A program made the translations under genes and the position numbers. From Patescibacteria group bacterium (lineage in GTDB: Bacteria > Patescibacteriota > Microgenomatia > Levybacterales > UBA12049), in NCBI GenBank assembly GCA_038063415.1, contig JBBTVD010000006.1, positions 137,948-201,947 of the forward strand: DNA of 64,000 nt, given 5' to 3'. Of the stretch, positions 1 to 9,127 are shown in pieces. How positions within the stretch are numbered: the stretch's first letter is position 1; every line of letters begins with the position of its first letter. The notes under the pieces are model-generated. The model made no database searches, was not told where the DNA came from, and worked only from the letters and a program-made list of their open reading frames with translations.

Positions 1-687
1 ATTGGTTAACTTACGTTTTTGCCCTACTTCCCACAGCTTTGTCGTATTGGAGTACATGGTGTGTTCTGTCGCAACCTGCCTTCCGAGTCGTCCTTCATCT
101 CGCCAAAAGGTAGGATAGCCAACAGAAAACTGATTAATATCATTATGCTGAGCCCATCCATAATCAACGATCTGCCCTAGTGCATTGGCTGGCCCTGGGG
201 TATTGGCTCCACCAACATGAGCATACAAGGGATAATTGCCATAGCCTGAAATGAGATCAAGAAAATACGTACGAGCAGAACGTACAGGCCCGACAATACC
301 TGCATCGTTACAATAATAGATATTGAGAGTTCGAGTAATTCCCCCCTCGGCAACTGCTTCAAATGTCACGTCGGAAGCATTAATTCCTGACTGAGGACGA
401 GCATCAAGATGGTTTTCAACCATGACACCAAGCGGCCGATGTTTTTCCCACCAATTACGTTGGGTCTTTGAATACTTCTCACCCGTAAGAGGACACACTT
501 CCGTTTTTGGTTCATTGGGATTAAAAAGAATTGCTTGATAGTCATTTTCAAGGTTTGTTTTCAGAGGCATATCAGATGCTACAGGTGTTGTTTGCGTAGA
601 CTTCTGCTCTAAGAAAACATTATAGGAAAGAAACGCCGCAACTGCGTAAATTATCAGGCTTAAAATGCCAATGACGAGTTTATTCAT
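1..687 (-). CDS. DUF3048 (YerB-like) membrane-anchored protein, runs off the window start
   Basis: Not in the ORF track. Read manually from ATG at 687: MNKLVIGILSLIIYAVAAFLSY (TM) ... RPLGVMVENHLDARPQSGINASDVTFEAVAEGGITR ... VGPVRSARTYF, typical DUF3048 motifs. Confidence 0.85.
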   Translation of the reverse strand, partial: MNKLVIGILSLIIYAVAAFLSYNVFLEQKSTQTTPVASDMPLKTNLENDYQAILFNPNEPKTEVCPLTGEKYSKTQRNWWEKHRPLGVMVENHLDARPQSGINASDVTFEAVAEGGITRTLNIYYCNDAGIVGPVRSARTYFLDLISGYGNYPLYAHVGGANTPGPANALGQIVDYGWAQHNDINQFSVGYPTFWRDEGRLGRQVATEHTMYSNTTKLWEVGQKRKLTN

Positions 688-707
688 AAGGCAGAACCAA
701 AAAAATG

Positions 708-1169
708 CTATTTGGTATGCTCAGCTAGACTTAAGGCTCTCTTCTCTTCATCAGAGAGTTCATGTTCGATACCCTTACCTTTTACTACCCTCTTTGCGTA
801 CCATCGCATCCCTGTTCGAGCGTAGAGCGCAGTAATGACGACACCGGTATCGTACGAATCTGCCAGTGTCAGAATGAAACTATGATCACCTCCAGTATCT
901 TTAAAAGGGTTAAATCGAAGGAGGCCTATCTTCTGAATGTGCAATCGCTCTTCTTTTTCTATTGTAGCACAGCGACTCATCAGTTCAGCAATGGCTTGTT
1001 GTGACTTAGTATTTTCCTTGATAATTTTGGTCAGCACGGTATCAAGTGTATTGCGGCTTACTCCTCCGGTAAAGAGCATATATCGAGCATGTAATCGACG
1101 GAAAGAAAACGTCAACCATCCAACCCAAACAAGCAAAATAAGTAATAGTATAAAAATAGGCGTATCCAT
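708..1169 (-). CDS. DUF4446 family protein
   Basis: N-terminal TM followed by IQKIGLLRFNPFKDTGGDHSF...DTGVVITALYAR...YAKRV...LSDEE; start at 1169 or 1193. Confidence 0.8.
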   Translation of the reverse strand: MDTPIFILLLILLVWVGWLTFSFRRLHARYMLFTGGVSRNTLDTVLTKIIKENTKSQQAIAELMSRCATIEKEERLHIQKIGLLRFNPFKDTGGDHSFILTLADSYDTGVVITALYARTGMRWYAKRVVKGKGIEHELSDEEKRALSLAEHTK

Positions 1170-1191
1170 ATGAATCAAACTGTCTCCTGCC

Positions 1192-1230
1192 ATATTAGCC
1201 TCTTGACAGCCTGAGTGTCAATAGTGTAAT
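1192..1230. promoter_or_regulatory. Putative divergent sigma70 promoters with back-to-back -35 boxes (TTGACA-N7-TGTCAA)
   Basis: TTGACA at 1203-1208 with TGTAAT at 1225-1230; on the minus strand TTGACA (1216-1221) with TAATAT (1192-1197); lies between divergent genes. Confidence 0.5.
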
Positions 1231-1242
1231 CTAGGCTCATTC

Positions 1243-1539
1243 ATGCCTAAAAAGAGAAAAACTCGCCAGCAAAAGATGCAAAGCGTTGATCGGCAAAAAA
1301 GTCCCGTTGCTCAAGCCAAACAGGATCTTTCTCCTGAGCCATATACTTACTCTCTCCCTCAAACAACGGTATCGGCAATTGGTCTAAAGACACCTTCTGT
1401 TGCCCAAAAGACTGCATCGATAACCGTTAGTGAATATGCATATCTTGGAGGTGACCTCCGCAAAACACTCCTTCTGACATTAGCAATTGTTATCTGTCAG
1501 CTATTACTGTTTTTCTTTTTACCAGGCGTTTATAAATAA
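1243..1539 (+). CDS. Hypothetical protein, basic N-terminus and C-terminal TM helix
   Basis: MPKKRKTRQQK...YAYLGGDLRKTLLLTLAIVICQLLLFFFL. Confidence 0.7.
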   Translation: MPKKRKTRQQKMQSVDRQKSPVAQAKQDLSPEPYTYSLPQTTVSAIGLKTPSVAQKTASITVSEYAYLGGDLRKTLLLTLAIVICQLLLFFFLPGVYK

Positions 1540-1566
1540 GTAAACGTGAAGGGGGGTGATTATACT

Positions 1567-1710
1567 ATGGCATCAATGTATTGTGTAAAATGTCGCGACA
1601 AGCGAGATGTTGAAGACCCAGAACAAGTAACCATGAAAAATGGTAAACCAGCTTTGAAGGCAAAATGTCCAGTTTGTGGTACAGGAATGTACAAAATCGG
1701 ATCAAAGTAA
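1567..1710 (+). CDS. DUF5679 small zinc-ribbon protein (47 aa)
   Basis: Not in the ORF track. MASMYCVKCRDKRDVEDPEQVTMKNGKPALKAKCPVCGTGMYKIGSK with two CxxC motifs; strong SD GGGGGGTGAT just upstream. Confidence 0.9.
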   Translation: MASMYCVKCRDKRDVEDPEQVTMKNGKPALKAKCPVCGTGMYKIGSK

Positions 1711-1730
1711 TTTGTTTCCTAAGAAACAAT

Positions 1731-1757
1731 AAAACCCCGCATTATTGCGGGGTTTTT
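1731..1757 (+). terminator. Rho-independent terminator
   Basis: AAAACCCCGC-ATTATT-GCGGGGTTTTT hairpin 20 nt after the DUF5679 stop. Confidence 0.8.
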
Positions 1758-1781
1758 GGTATGATGAAATAGTAGCCACGT

Positions 1782-3383
1782 ATGTTTACTTCGATCAAAC
1801 ACTTTTTTGCAGCAATTGATAAAGCACTCGCTGTCTCAGAAAAATATATTGACAAACGAATCCTTACGGGAAAATTTGTTGAGGATCTTGTAACACTTAC
1901 TGTGTTAGGCAAAAAGTATCTCAAAAAGCATTGGCCTGATTGGTGCAAAAAGATTCTGGCCGCACCTATCACCAAACTACTCATTAAGATCGCTCTTTTC
2001 AGTATAGGAATCATGAGAAAAATCCCCATCTTCGGAGAGATTGTACCGCTCAGTGCAGATGGTTTTAATCTGTGGGGAAAGTTTTTTAACCAACTTTCTT
2101 TACTTTTTCTGAGTACCTTGCTTCTCTTTTTTGGACAAGTTTTACTCCTCAATAATTCTCTTTTACTCTTTTTTATTACCCTCCCCCTTTCGCTGCTTCT
2201 GCTTCTTTTAACCATCATAACAACCTATGCTCTCTTGCAAAAAAGGGATGAAAAAAAGCCCACAAAGTCATTGGCTGAAATAAAAGAAATACTCAAACAG
2301 TCTTTTTTCTCTTTTTCATTTTTATTTTTCTATCACCTTTTTATTTTATTGAATATCTTGATACTTTTCTTTTTGTTTGCTTTCTTTTTACAAACAAGCT
2401 TTAACGAGTTTACAAGTACATGGACTTCTTCGTTTATTTTCTGGTTAAGTATTCTTTTTGTTGGCTCACTGCTTCTTTTCTGCGCAACTCTTTTTAGCTT
2501 GATAGCCTGGCAGGCATATTTTGGCGTTATTTTTGCGCAACAAAAAACTTTTTCTTCGCTTGTTCTTAGTTGGCAATTGCTCAAGAGGCATGCTTCAGTT
2601 CTTTGTTTTTTCCCTTTATGTATCGTTTTTCTTTCCATTCCTGCCGTAGAATGGGCAGGACTCCAACATACTATCTCGGGCAGCAGTTTAGGTCTTTTTC
2701 TCCTCTTTCATATTCTTCTCTTTCTGGGGTGGCTGATGCGAAGAAGATTTCTAGATACCCAGCAACCAGAAGGAATCAAGCGGCCAGCAAATATGCGAGT
2801 TTTTCATATACTTTTTGGCATTGGAGTACTCAACTATATACTGCTCACTACCACGATGGTTCAGTTTAACCCGCAGATTTCTGTTTACATTCAAGAGCTA
2901 CGAAATCAACTCCTTCTCTTACGAGTTTTTGAGACCTATACCAACAAGCAATTTGGCTATACGATCCAATATCCTACCTCATGGAGCGTCTATGAATGGG
3001 ATCAACGGAAACAATCAGTAACTCTTTATACCAACGAAACCAAAACAGAAAACGGAGGTATCTGGGTAACAATTACCGTACTGCCTGTGAAGGAAACAGA
3101 GTTTGAAAACTTGCTGTCTGAAAAACCAGGACTTATTAGCTATGATACAGGAACTAGAGACCTTGTTAGCAAAATTACTAATTTTTCTCTGCAAGAATAT
3201 CAAGGACTTGAGTATACCTACATAAAAGAGGCCAAACCTTATGCAGAATACCAAAAACACTACCTTATCAGACGTGGTGACAATGTCTATGATATCTCCC
3301 TCCGAACAAATAGCAGAGAAGTTGAGGCACAGAATAGTATGCTTTTTAGAAAGATTATCGATTCATTCAGACTCACTAACTGA
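1782..3383 (+). CDS. Multi-pass membrane protein with C-terminal PsbP-like domain
   Basis: Many hydrophobic helices; C-terminal TYTNKQFGYTIQYPTSW...FRKIIDSFRL pattern of PsbP-like domains. Confidence 0.65.
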   Translation: MFTSIKHFFAAIDKALAVSEKYIDKRILTGKFVEDLVTLTVLGKKYLKKHWPDWCKKILAAPITKLLIKIALFSIGIMRKIPIFGEIVPLSADGFNLWGKFFNQLSLLFLSTLLLFFGQVLLLNNSLLLFFITLPLSLLLLLLTIITTYALLQKRDEKKPTKSLAEIKEILKQSFFSFSFLFFYHLFILLNILILFFLFAFFLQTSFNEFTSTWTSSFIFWLSILFVGSLLLFCATLFSLIAWQAYFGVIFAQQKTFSSLVLSWQLLKRHASVLCFFPLCIVFLSIPAVEWAGLQHTISGSSLGLFLLFHILLFLGWLMRRRFLDTQQPEGIKRPANMRVFHILFGIGVLNYILLTTTMVQFNPQISVYIQELRNQLLLLRVFETYTNKQFGYTIQYPTSWSVYEWDQRKQSVTLYTNETKTENGGIWVTITVLPVKETEFENLLSEKPGLISYDTGTRDLVSKITNFSLQEYQGLEYTYIKEAKPYAEYQKHYLIRRGDNVYDISLRTNSREVEAQNSMLFRKIIDSFRLTN

Positions 3384-4928
3384 TGGATTGTAGGGAACAA
3401 GCTTGTAGAGTGTACCTACTGCTACTGGCCACTCAGCAACGATCTCTGCACGACCAAAGCCGGCAATCTCCCATAATGAATTTCCAAGTGGCTCACAGGG
3501 TCCCTCACAGAGGACAAACAGCTGTGCTGTTGTCGTATCCCTTTTAGGATCGATAGCATCACTCTCAATGAGAACTGGGTCTTGCTTGTAATAAGAAAAA
3601 TAATAACGATAAGCATGATCAGAATTTCCACCGGAAAGCAATGCAAAGTTGAACGGTTTTCCTCCTGTTTTAGATAAAATAAACTGAGAAAGTTTTTGTA
3701 CCTGAATTTTCTGTTTGTGAGAGGGGTAGCGGAAAGGAGCATCAATAAGATTAAAAAGGAATAAGGAGAAAAACAGTACTATACTCAAAACCAAGCATAC
3801 TTTCTTTGTCCCTTTCTTTTTTCCCCAAGAAGAAAAAACAGAAAGTGCATTACCAACAAGAAGAAAAGGTAGTGGAAAAAGGATTACCATATGATAGTCC
3901 AAAATTTCTTTTTTATTAATACCAAAAAGGATAAGACTCATACTAAGCCAAAGGGATAAAAGCAAAGTAACGAGTTTATTTTTGATAAAAAGCATACCGA
4001 TGAGTGCAGCTAACCCCAGAAGAACAGCAGCCGTTAACCAAAGAAACAATGTCGTTTGTGGAAACATTGCTGAGATATCGGGCAATGGGTAATGGAAAAG
4101 TAGCCGACCAAATAAACGGAAGAATGCGTCGTATATGTGTCCAAAAAATGAACCATTGCCTTCATATGTTCCTCCTTGCAGCGTATCTCCAAAGATAAAA
4201 AGAAAGATTGCTTGCGTATTGGGGAATCCATGACGAACTTCAAAGGCAATAAAGGCGATAAATCCAATAAGAAAACCAAGAAATAACTGTGCATATTTTT
4301 TAAGATAGATTAGCAGTTGTATTTTTCGCTGTTGATACCAGAGACCGAGAGGAAGATAGACCACAACTATAGCAAAAAGAAATAACGAGAGATAATGCAG
4401 TTGGATTGCAATACCAAGCAAGAAGCCGGTTAGGATAACGTATCGATAAGATTTTACTGCCGTAATACTTTTATAGGTTGTATAGATAAGCAGCAAAGCA
4501 ACAAAGGGAAGCACATTGGGATTCCAGGAAGAGCGTGAATAATGAATTATTAAGGGAGAAACAGCATATAATGCTGCTGCCATAATCCCCGCTCTTTCAC
4601 TAAAAAAGCGTTTACCGACAAAATAGATAAGAAAAACGGTTGCTACACCGACAAGCGCAACCATCACAGCCGGCCCCACAGGATCGTACTGAAAAAGCCA
4701 AAGGAAGGGGGTAATCATATAATAATACGCTGGCCCCATGAAAAAATCTCCAGCAGAGGATCGTGGGCCAAGTAACGTGAGGTTACCTTCAAGTATTCCT
4801 TTGGCAATCAAAACATCTCGTCCTTCGTCGCCTAGAAAGGTCATATAATCCGAGATATTGTACAGCCGGAGAAAAGTTGCTAGCAGCAAAATACCAATAA
4901 GTAGGGCAAGCGATATTTTGTTTTTCAT
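3363..4928 (-). CDS. GT-C fold glycosyltransferase (family 39 / ArnT-PMT-like)
   Basis: LRLYN...FLGDEGRD, GPAYYY, LYAVSP...YSRSSWNPN, QLHY; polytopic. Confidence 0.85.
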   Translation of the reverse strand: MKNKISLALLIGILLLATFLRLYNISDYMTFLGDEGRDVLIAKGILEGNLTLLGPRSSAGDFFMGPAYYYMITPFLWLFQYDPVGPAVMVALVGVATVFLIYFVGKRFFSERAGIMAAALYAVSPLIIHYSRSSWNPNVLPFVALLLIYTTYKSITAVKSYRYVILTGFLLGIAIQLHYLSLFLFAIVVVYLPLGLWYQQRKIQLLIYLKKYAQLFLGFLIGFIAFIAFEVRHGFPNTQAIFLFIFGDTLQGGTYEGNGSFFGHIYDAFFRLFGRLLFHYPLPDISAMFPQTTLFLWLTAAVLLGLAALIGMLFIKNKLVTLLLSLWLSMSLILFGINKKEILDYHMVILFPLPFLLVGNALSVFSSWGKKKGTKKVCLVLSIVLFFSLFLFNLIDAPFRYPSHKQKIQVQKLSQFILSKTGGKPFNFALLSGGNSDHAYRYYFSYYKQDPVLIESDAIDPKRDTTTAQLFVLCEGPCEPLGNSLWEIAGFGRAEIVAEWPVAVGTLYKLVPYNPSVSESE

Positions 4929-4932
4929 AATA

Positions 4933-6090
4933 CTAATTATTTTTCAAATGTTGTGTTTTCCAAATAATATAATTATAGATAAAGTAATTCATAGGAATAA
5001 TGATAAGAATAATAGTAGGCACAAGGATGATAAGTGAGGTTGGAACGTCATAGCCAAAAAGATATTGATGAGAACCTAAGAAATTTACGGCGAGATAGAC
5101 AACTCCACCTTGAGTGAAAATAGAAGCAAGAGAAGCAACATTAAACTTGATCAGACGATTAAAGAAATGGCCTTGCTCTTTGATATGTTTGGTATCACCA
5201 AATGTCCATGTGTTATTAATTAAGAAGTTAGAGAGGATAGCAACTTCCCCACCAATCATTGCTGCGATAAACTGTTCGGCACCTAGCTGGATGCTTACGG
5301 CTGTGGTAACCATTTGTAGAAAAAATCCCGTTCCTCCCGTAACAAGGAACTTAAAGAATCTCTTGTGGTCATAAATTCCAAGTCTCAGAACAACATAGAG
5401 CGATTCAAATTGATCACTCGTACTGATCTTACTTTTACCCTCTCCTCGTTCTTTAAAGACAATCGGCACTTCAACTACTTTTGCTTTTAGTTGTAAGATA
5501 TCATGGAGAATCTGCATTTTATAAGCAAAGGTATGAGACAGTAGATTATCGAGATCTATCTTACGCAGATAGCTAGACTTCGTTAATTTAAAGCCAGATG
5601 TGACATCATGAACAGTAAAATTAAACCAGACAACACGAGCCACCCAGTTTCCGACAACACTGAGAAACTTCCGATCAAATCCCCACTCTTTTGGAATGCT
5701 CCCTCCAGCGATGTATCTACTACCAATGACACAATCTGCTCCTTTATCCATTGCTGAAATAAGTCGAGGGATATCATAAGGATCGTGCTGAAAATCAGCA
5801 TCAAATTCCATAACGGCATCTGCTTGCATTTCTTTCATGGCATATTGCATACCACGGACATACGCTGCTCCCAAACCTTGTTTGGTTCCCGAAAGTAACT
5901 TAATCGTATGCCATTTGTGCATAAAAGCTTTTACCTCATCAGCCGTTCCATCAGGAGAAGTATCATCCACAATAAGCAGTGACACCTGATGGTTTTTAAT
6001 TGTTGGGAGAATTTCTTGTTGCAGAAGCGGAATCATCTTTCTGATGTTTTCCCGTTCGTTATAGGTAGGTAAAATAATAACAATCTTCAT
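4933..6090 (-). CDS. Polyprenol-phosphate glycosyltransferase (GT2, DPM1-like) fused to GtrA-like domain
   Basis: ILPTYNERENI, IVDDTSPDGT, GLGAAY, FDADFQHDP, GSRY; C-terminal RFFKFLVTGGTG...NFLINNTWTF GtrA pattern. Confidence 0.9.
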   Translation of the reverse strand: MKIVIILPTYNERENIRKMIPLLQQEILPTIKNHQVSLLIVDDTSPDGTADEVKAFMHKWHTIKLLSGTKQGLGAAYVRGMQYAMKEMQADAVMEFDADFQHDPYDIPRLISAMDKGADCVIGSRYIAGGSIPKEWGFDRKFLSVVGNWVARVVWFNFTVHDVTSGFKLTKSSYLRKIDLDNLLSHTFAYKMQILHDILQLKAKVVEVPIVFKERGEGKSKISTSDQFESLYVVLRLGIYDHKRFFKFLVTGGTGFFLQMVTTAVSIQLGAEQFIAAMIGGEVAILSNFLINNTWTFGDTKHIKEQGHFFNRLIKFNVASLASIFTQGGVVYLAVNFLGSHQYLFGYDVPTSLIILVPTIILIIIPMNYFIYNYIIWKTQHLKNN

Positions 6091-7049
6091 GCGTTTCTAA
6101 AATAGTCTATCGTCCTTTTCAACCCTTCATCCAGACCAATCGTTGGCTCCCAATTTAAAAGCTTCTTTGCCTTTGTTATGTCCGGCTTCCGCTGTAATGG
6201 ATCATCAGCAGGCAGTTCATCAAAAAATAATTGAGAGGTTGATCCGGTCATTTTTTTAATTATTTCGGCAATTTCGACGATGGATCGTTCGTCAGGATTG
6301 CCAAGGTTCATTACCTCGCCATCGGTGCCTTCCGTCATCATTGCCCGAATAATACCTTCAATCAGATCGTCAACAAAACAGAAGCTTCTTGTTTGTTTAC
6401 CGTCACCAAATACGGTTATTGCAGCTCCAGTTAATGCCTGATTAATAAAAGATGAAACAACTCTTCCATCGTCCTTTTGCATATTTGGGCCATAGGTATT
6501 AAAGATGCGGATAATTCTTGTATCAACTCCGTATCTTCTTCTATGCCCAAAGGTCATTGCTTCACCAAATCGTTTTGCTTCATCATAGACAGATCGTGCG
6601 CCATTCGGGTTTACATTGCCAAAATAGGTCTCTGGCTGTGGGGAGATACTCGGATTGCCATACACTTCGGAAGTAGAAGCAAAAAGAAATTTAGCTTTCT
6701 TTTCCCGTGCCAGATTGAGTAAGTTATGCGTACCCACAGAACCAACTAAGAGTGTTGCAATTGGATGAGCAATGTAACTTCGGGTGCTGTATTTGTTGGG
6801 AGAAGCTGGTGAAGCAAGATGGTAAATATAGTTCACATCTTCAAATCGATCAGCAATAGCATCAAGTGGCTTAGTCACATCATGTCCAAAAAAAGCAAAT
6901 TGTGGGTTATCAAGAAAAGGAACAATGTTGTTTTTGTCCCCAGTAAGCAGATTATCAATACAAAAAACTTTTTGTCCCTCATCTAAGAGACGTTTACACA
7001 AATGTGAGCCAAGGAATCCTGCCCCACCGGTAATTAAGGATGTCACCAT
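6087..7049 (-). CDS. uxs: UDP-glucuronate decarboxylase (UDP-xylose synthase)
   Basis: GGAGFLGSH, HLASPASP, ASTSEVYG, YDEAKR, RIFNTYGP, QTRSFCFVDD. Confidence 0.9.
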   Translation of the reverse strand: MVTSLITGGAGFLGSHLCKRLLDEGQKVFCIDNLLTGDKNNIVPFLDNPQFAFFGHDVTKPLDAIADRFEDVNYIYHLASPASPNKYSTRSYIAHPIATLLVGSVGTHNLLNLAREKKAKFLFASTSEVYGNPSISPQPETYFGNVNPNGARSVYDEAKRFGEAMTFGHRRRYGVDTRIIRIFNTYGPNMQKDDGRVVSSFINQALTGAAITVFGDGKQTRSFCFVDDLIEGIIRAMMTEGTDGEVMNLGNPDERSIVEIAEIIKKMTGSTSQLFFDELPADDPLQRKPDITKAKKLLNWEPTIGLDEGLKRTIDYFRNA

Positions 7050-7146
7050 AGCCTCTATCTTACTAAATTTGGAAGCTTTTTGGAAGAGAGAGTATTTTTG
7101 GGGATTGCAACTACTTGGTAAAATTAGTATTATAATTTCATTCTGT

Positions 7147-8151
7147 ATGGCAAAGAAAGCATTAATTATCGGCGTTTCTTCACAAGATGGATCATACCTT
7201 GCTGACCTGCTGCTGGAAAAAGGCTATGATGTCACAGGAACGATTAGAAGAACAACAAACTACTACCATCCGAATATTACTCACCTCTACGGAAAAATAG
7301 CTATTGAAGCAGCAGATCTTATCGATAGTGAAAGTATCATTAACGCAATTAAAAAAAGTACACCTGATGAAGTCTACAATATTGCAGCACAATCCGTTCC
7401 TGGTGATTGCTGGACACATCCTTTTTATACCGGTGAAGTAACTGGTCTTGGACCTGTACGAGTTGCCGAGGCAATAAGACATTTCGCTCCCAATGCGAAA
7501 TTTTATCAAGCTACTTCTCGTGAAATTTTTGGCAATATTGCATCTGAATCTGCAAATGAATCAACACTCTTTGATGCCAACAATCCCTACGGCATCGCAA
7601 AAGCGTATGCACATATGATGATACGCTCTTACCGTGAGTCTTATGGTATGTTTGCCTGTGGAGGTATTTTATTTAACCACGAAAGCCCACGTCGAGGATT
7701 ACATTTTGTTACCCGAAAAATTACTGCCGGGGTTGCTTGTATCAAAAATAAAGTTAAAAATCTGCCAATGAATGAATTAGGAGAACCTCTCATCAGTAAC
7801 GATGGCAAACTACATATGGGCGATATAACGATGAAGCGAGATTGGGGATATGCCAAAGAATATGTTGAAGCAATGTGGCTGATGCTGCAACAAGATAAAC
7901 CAAATGACTATGTTATTGGGACAAACACCACCTACTCCATTGAGGATGCCTGTCGTATTGCATTTGCACACGTAGGGCTTGATTGGAAAGACTATGTCGT
8001 CAGTAACAAAAAACTCTTCAGACCTACCGAAATCAAAGAACTCAAGGGAGATTATGCGCGTGCAAAGAAAGATTTAGGCTGGGAACCAAAAACATCATTT
8101 GAGGAGCTTATTACCATGATGGTTGATGCGGATCTTAAGCACTTTAGTTAA
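7147..8151 (+). CDS. gmd: GDP-mannose 4,6-dehydratase
   Basis: QDGSYLA, GILFNHESPRRG, FVTRKIT, RDWGYAKEYVEAMW, FRPTEI; start reassigned to ATG 7147 (MAKKALI). Confidence 0.9.
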   Translation: MAKKALIIGVSSQDGSYLADLLLEKGYDVTGTIRRTTNYYHPNITHLYGKIAIEAADLIDSESIINAIKKSTPDEVYNIAAQSVPGDCWTHPFYTGEVTGLGPVRVAEAIRHFAPNAKFYQATSREIFGNIASESANESTLFDANNPYGIAKAYAHMMIRSYRESYGMFACGGILFNHESPRRGLHFVTRKITAGVACIKNKVKNLPMNELGEPLISNDGKLHMGDITMKRDWGYAKEYVEAMWLMLQQDKPNDYVIGTNTTYSIEDACRIAFAHVGLDWKDYVVSNKKLFRPTEIKELKGDYARAKKDLGWEPKTSFEELITMMVDADLKHFS

Positions 8152-8170
8152 ATTAAGACGAACTCTCCAG

Positions 8171-9127
8171 TTACACTTCTTTTCTCCAGTAATCAAGAAT
8201 TGCTTTAAGGCTCTCTTCAAGTGAAATTTCAGGCTTCCAACCAGTCAGATTATGCATCTTACTTGTATCTGCACGGATTTCAGGGACATCACTTGGTCGC
8301 AATTTTGTTGCATCTACTTCAGGATGAATAGCGACCGATGATAAAGAAAGTAAGATATCAAGCACTTCTTGTATTGAATGAGAGACACCTGAACCAATAT
8401 TGTAGACCTCTCCCTCTTTACCTCTTTCGAGGAGTAGGACATATGCTCGTACCATATCGCGAACATCAGTAAAGTCTCGACGAGCCTCTAGGTTGCCAAT
8501 ATGGATGATTGGTTTTTGTTTACCTTTTTCTATATGTGCAATTTGTCTAGCGAAGTCTGAGGTGACAAATCCTGTTTTTTGACGAGGGCCAATATGGTTA
8601 AATGGCCGTACACGGATAAGTGGTAATTGATATGAAAGGTAATACTGTAGTGCTATATAATCCTGGGTTATCTTTGATACAGCATAAGGATTTACTGGAC
8701 GAAATGGCGTTGTTTCTTTTATAGGAATATCTTGCGGATCAAGTCTTCCGTACGTCTCAGCTGAACCGACAATCAGTACTCGTGTCGATACGAACGATTG
8801 CTCACGAAGGACATCAAGAAGATATATTTGTGAATCAATATTTGCATGAAGGGTTTTAATTGGATCCTCAAAACTCTGTGGGACATTTGATTGGGCAGCT
8901 AAGTGATAGACATAATCAGGATGACTCTGTGCAATGGCAACTCGAACTGCTTGTTTATCGGTAAAATCTGCTTTAATGAAATGAATGTTGTCTTTGACTG
9001 GTGAACGATCAAGACTTCCCTCAGAAGAATAGGTTCCGTAGATTTCTGCTTCACCTTTTTGCAACAAGTATTCACACAGATATCCACCAACAAAGCCAGA
9101 GGCCCCAGTAATTAATATGCTTTTCAT
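8171..9127 (-). CDS. GDP-4-keto-6-deoxy-D-mannose reductase (Rmd)-like SDR
   Basis: GASGFVG, HLAAQSNV, PYAVSK, RPFNHIGPRQ, RRDFTDVRD. Confidence 0.8.
   Translation of the reverse strand: MKSILITGASGFVGGYLCEYLLQKGEAEIYGTYSSEGSLDRSPVKDNIHFIKADFTDKQAVRVAIAQSHPDYVYHLAAQSNVPQSFEDPIKTLHANIDSQIYLLDVLREQSFVSTRVLIVGSAETYGRLDPQDIPIKETTPFRPVNPYAVSKITQDYIALQYYLSYQLPLIRVRPFNHIGPRQKTGFVTSDFARQIAHIEKGKQKPIIHIGNLEARRDFTDVRDMVRAYVLLLERGKEGEVYNIGSGVSHSIQEVLDILLSLSSVAIHPEVDATKLRPSDVPEIRADTSKMHNLTGWKPEISLEESLKAILDYWRKEV

Noticed and set aside
6925-7146. Long N-terminal extension of gmd in the ORF track
   Set aside because: It overlaps the divergent uxs gene; homology starts at MAKKALI (7147).
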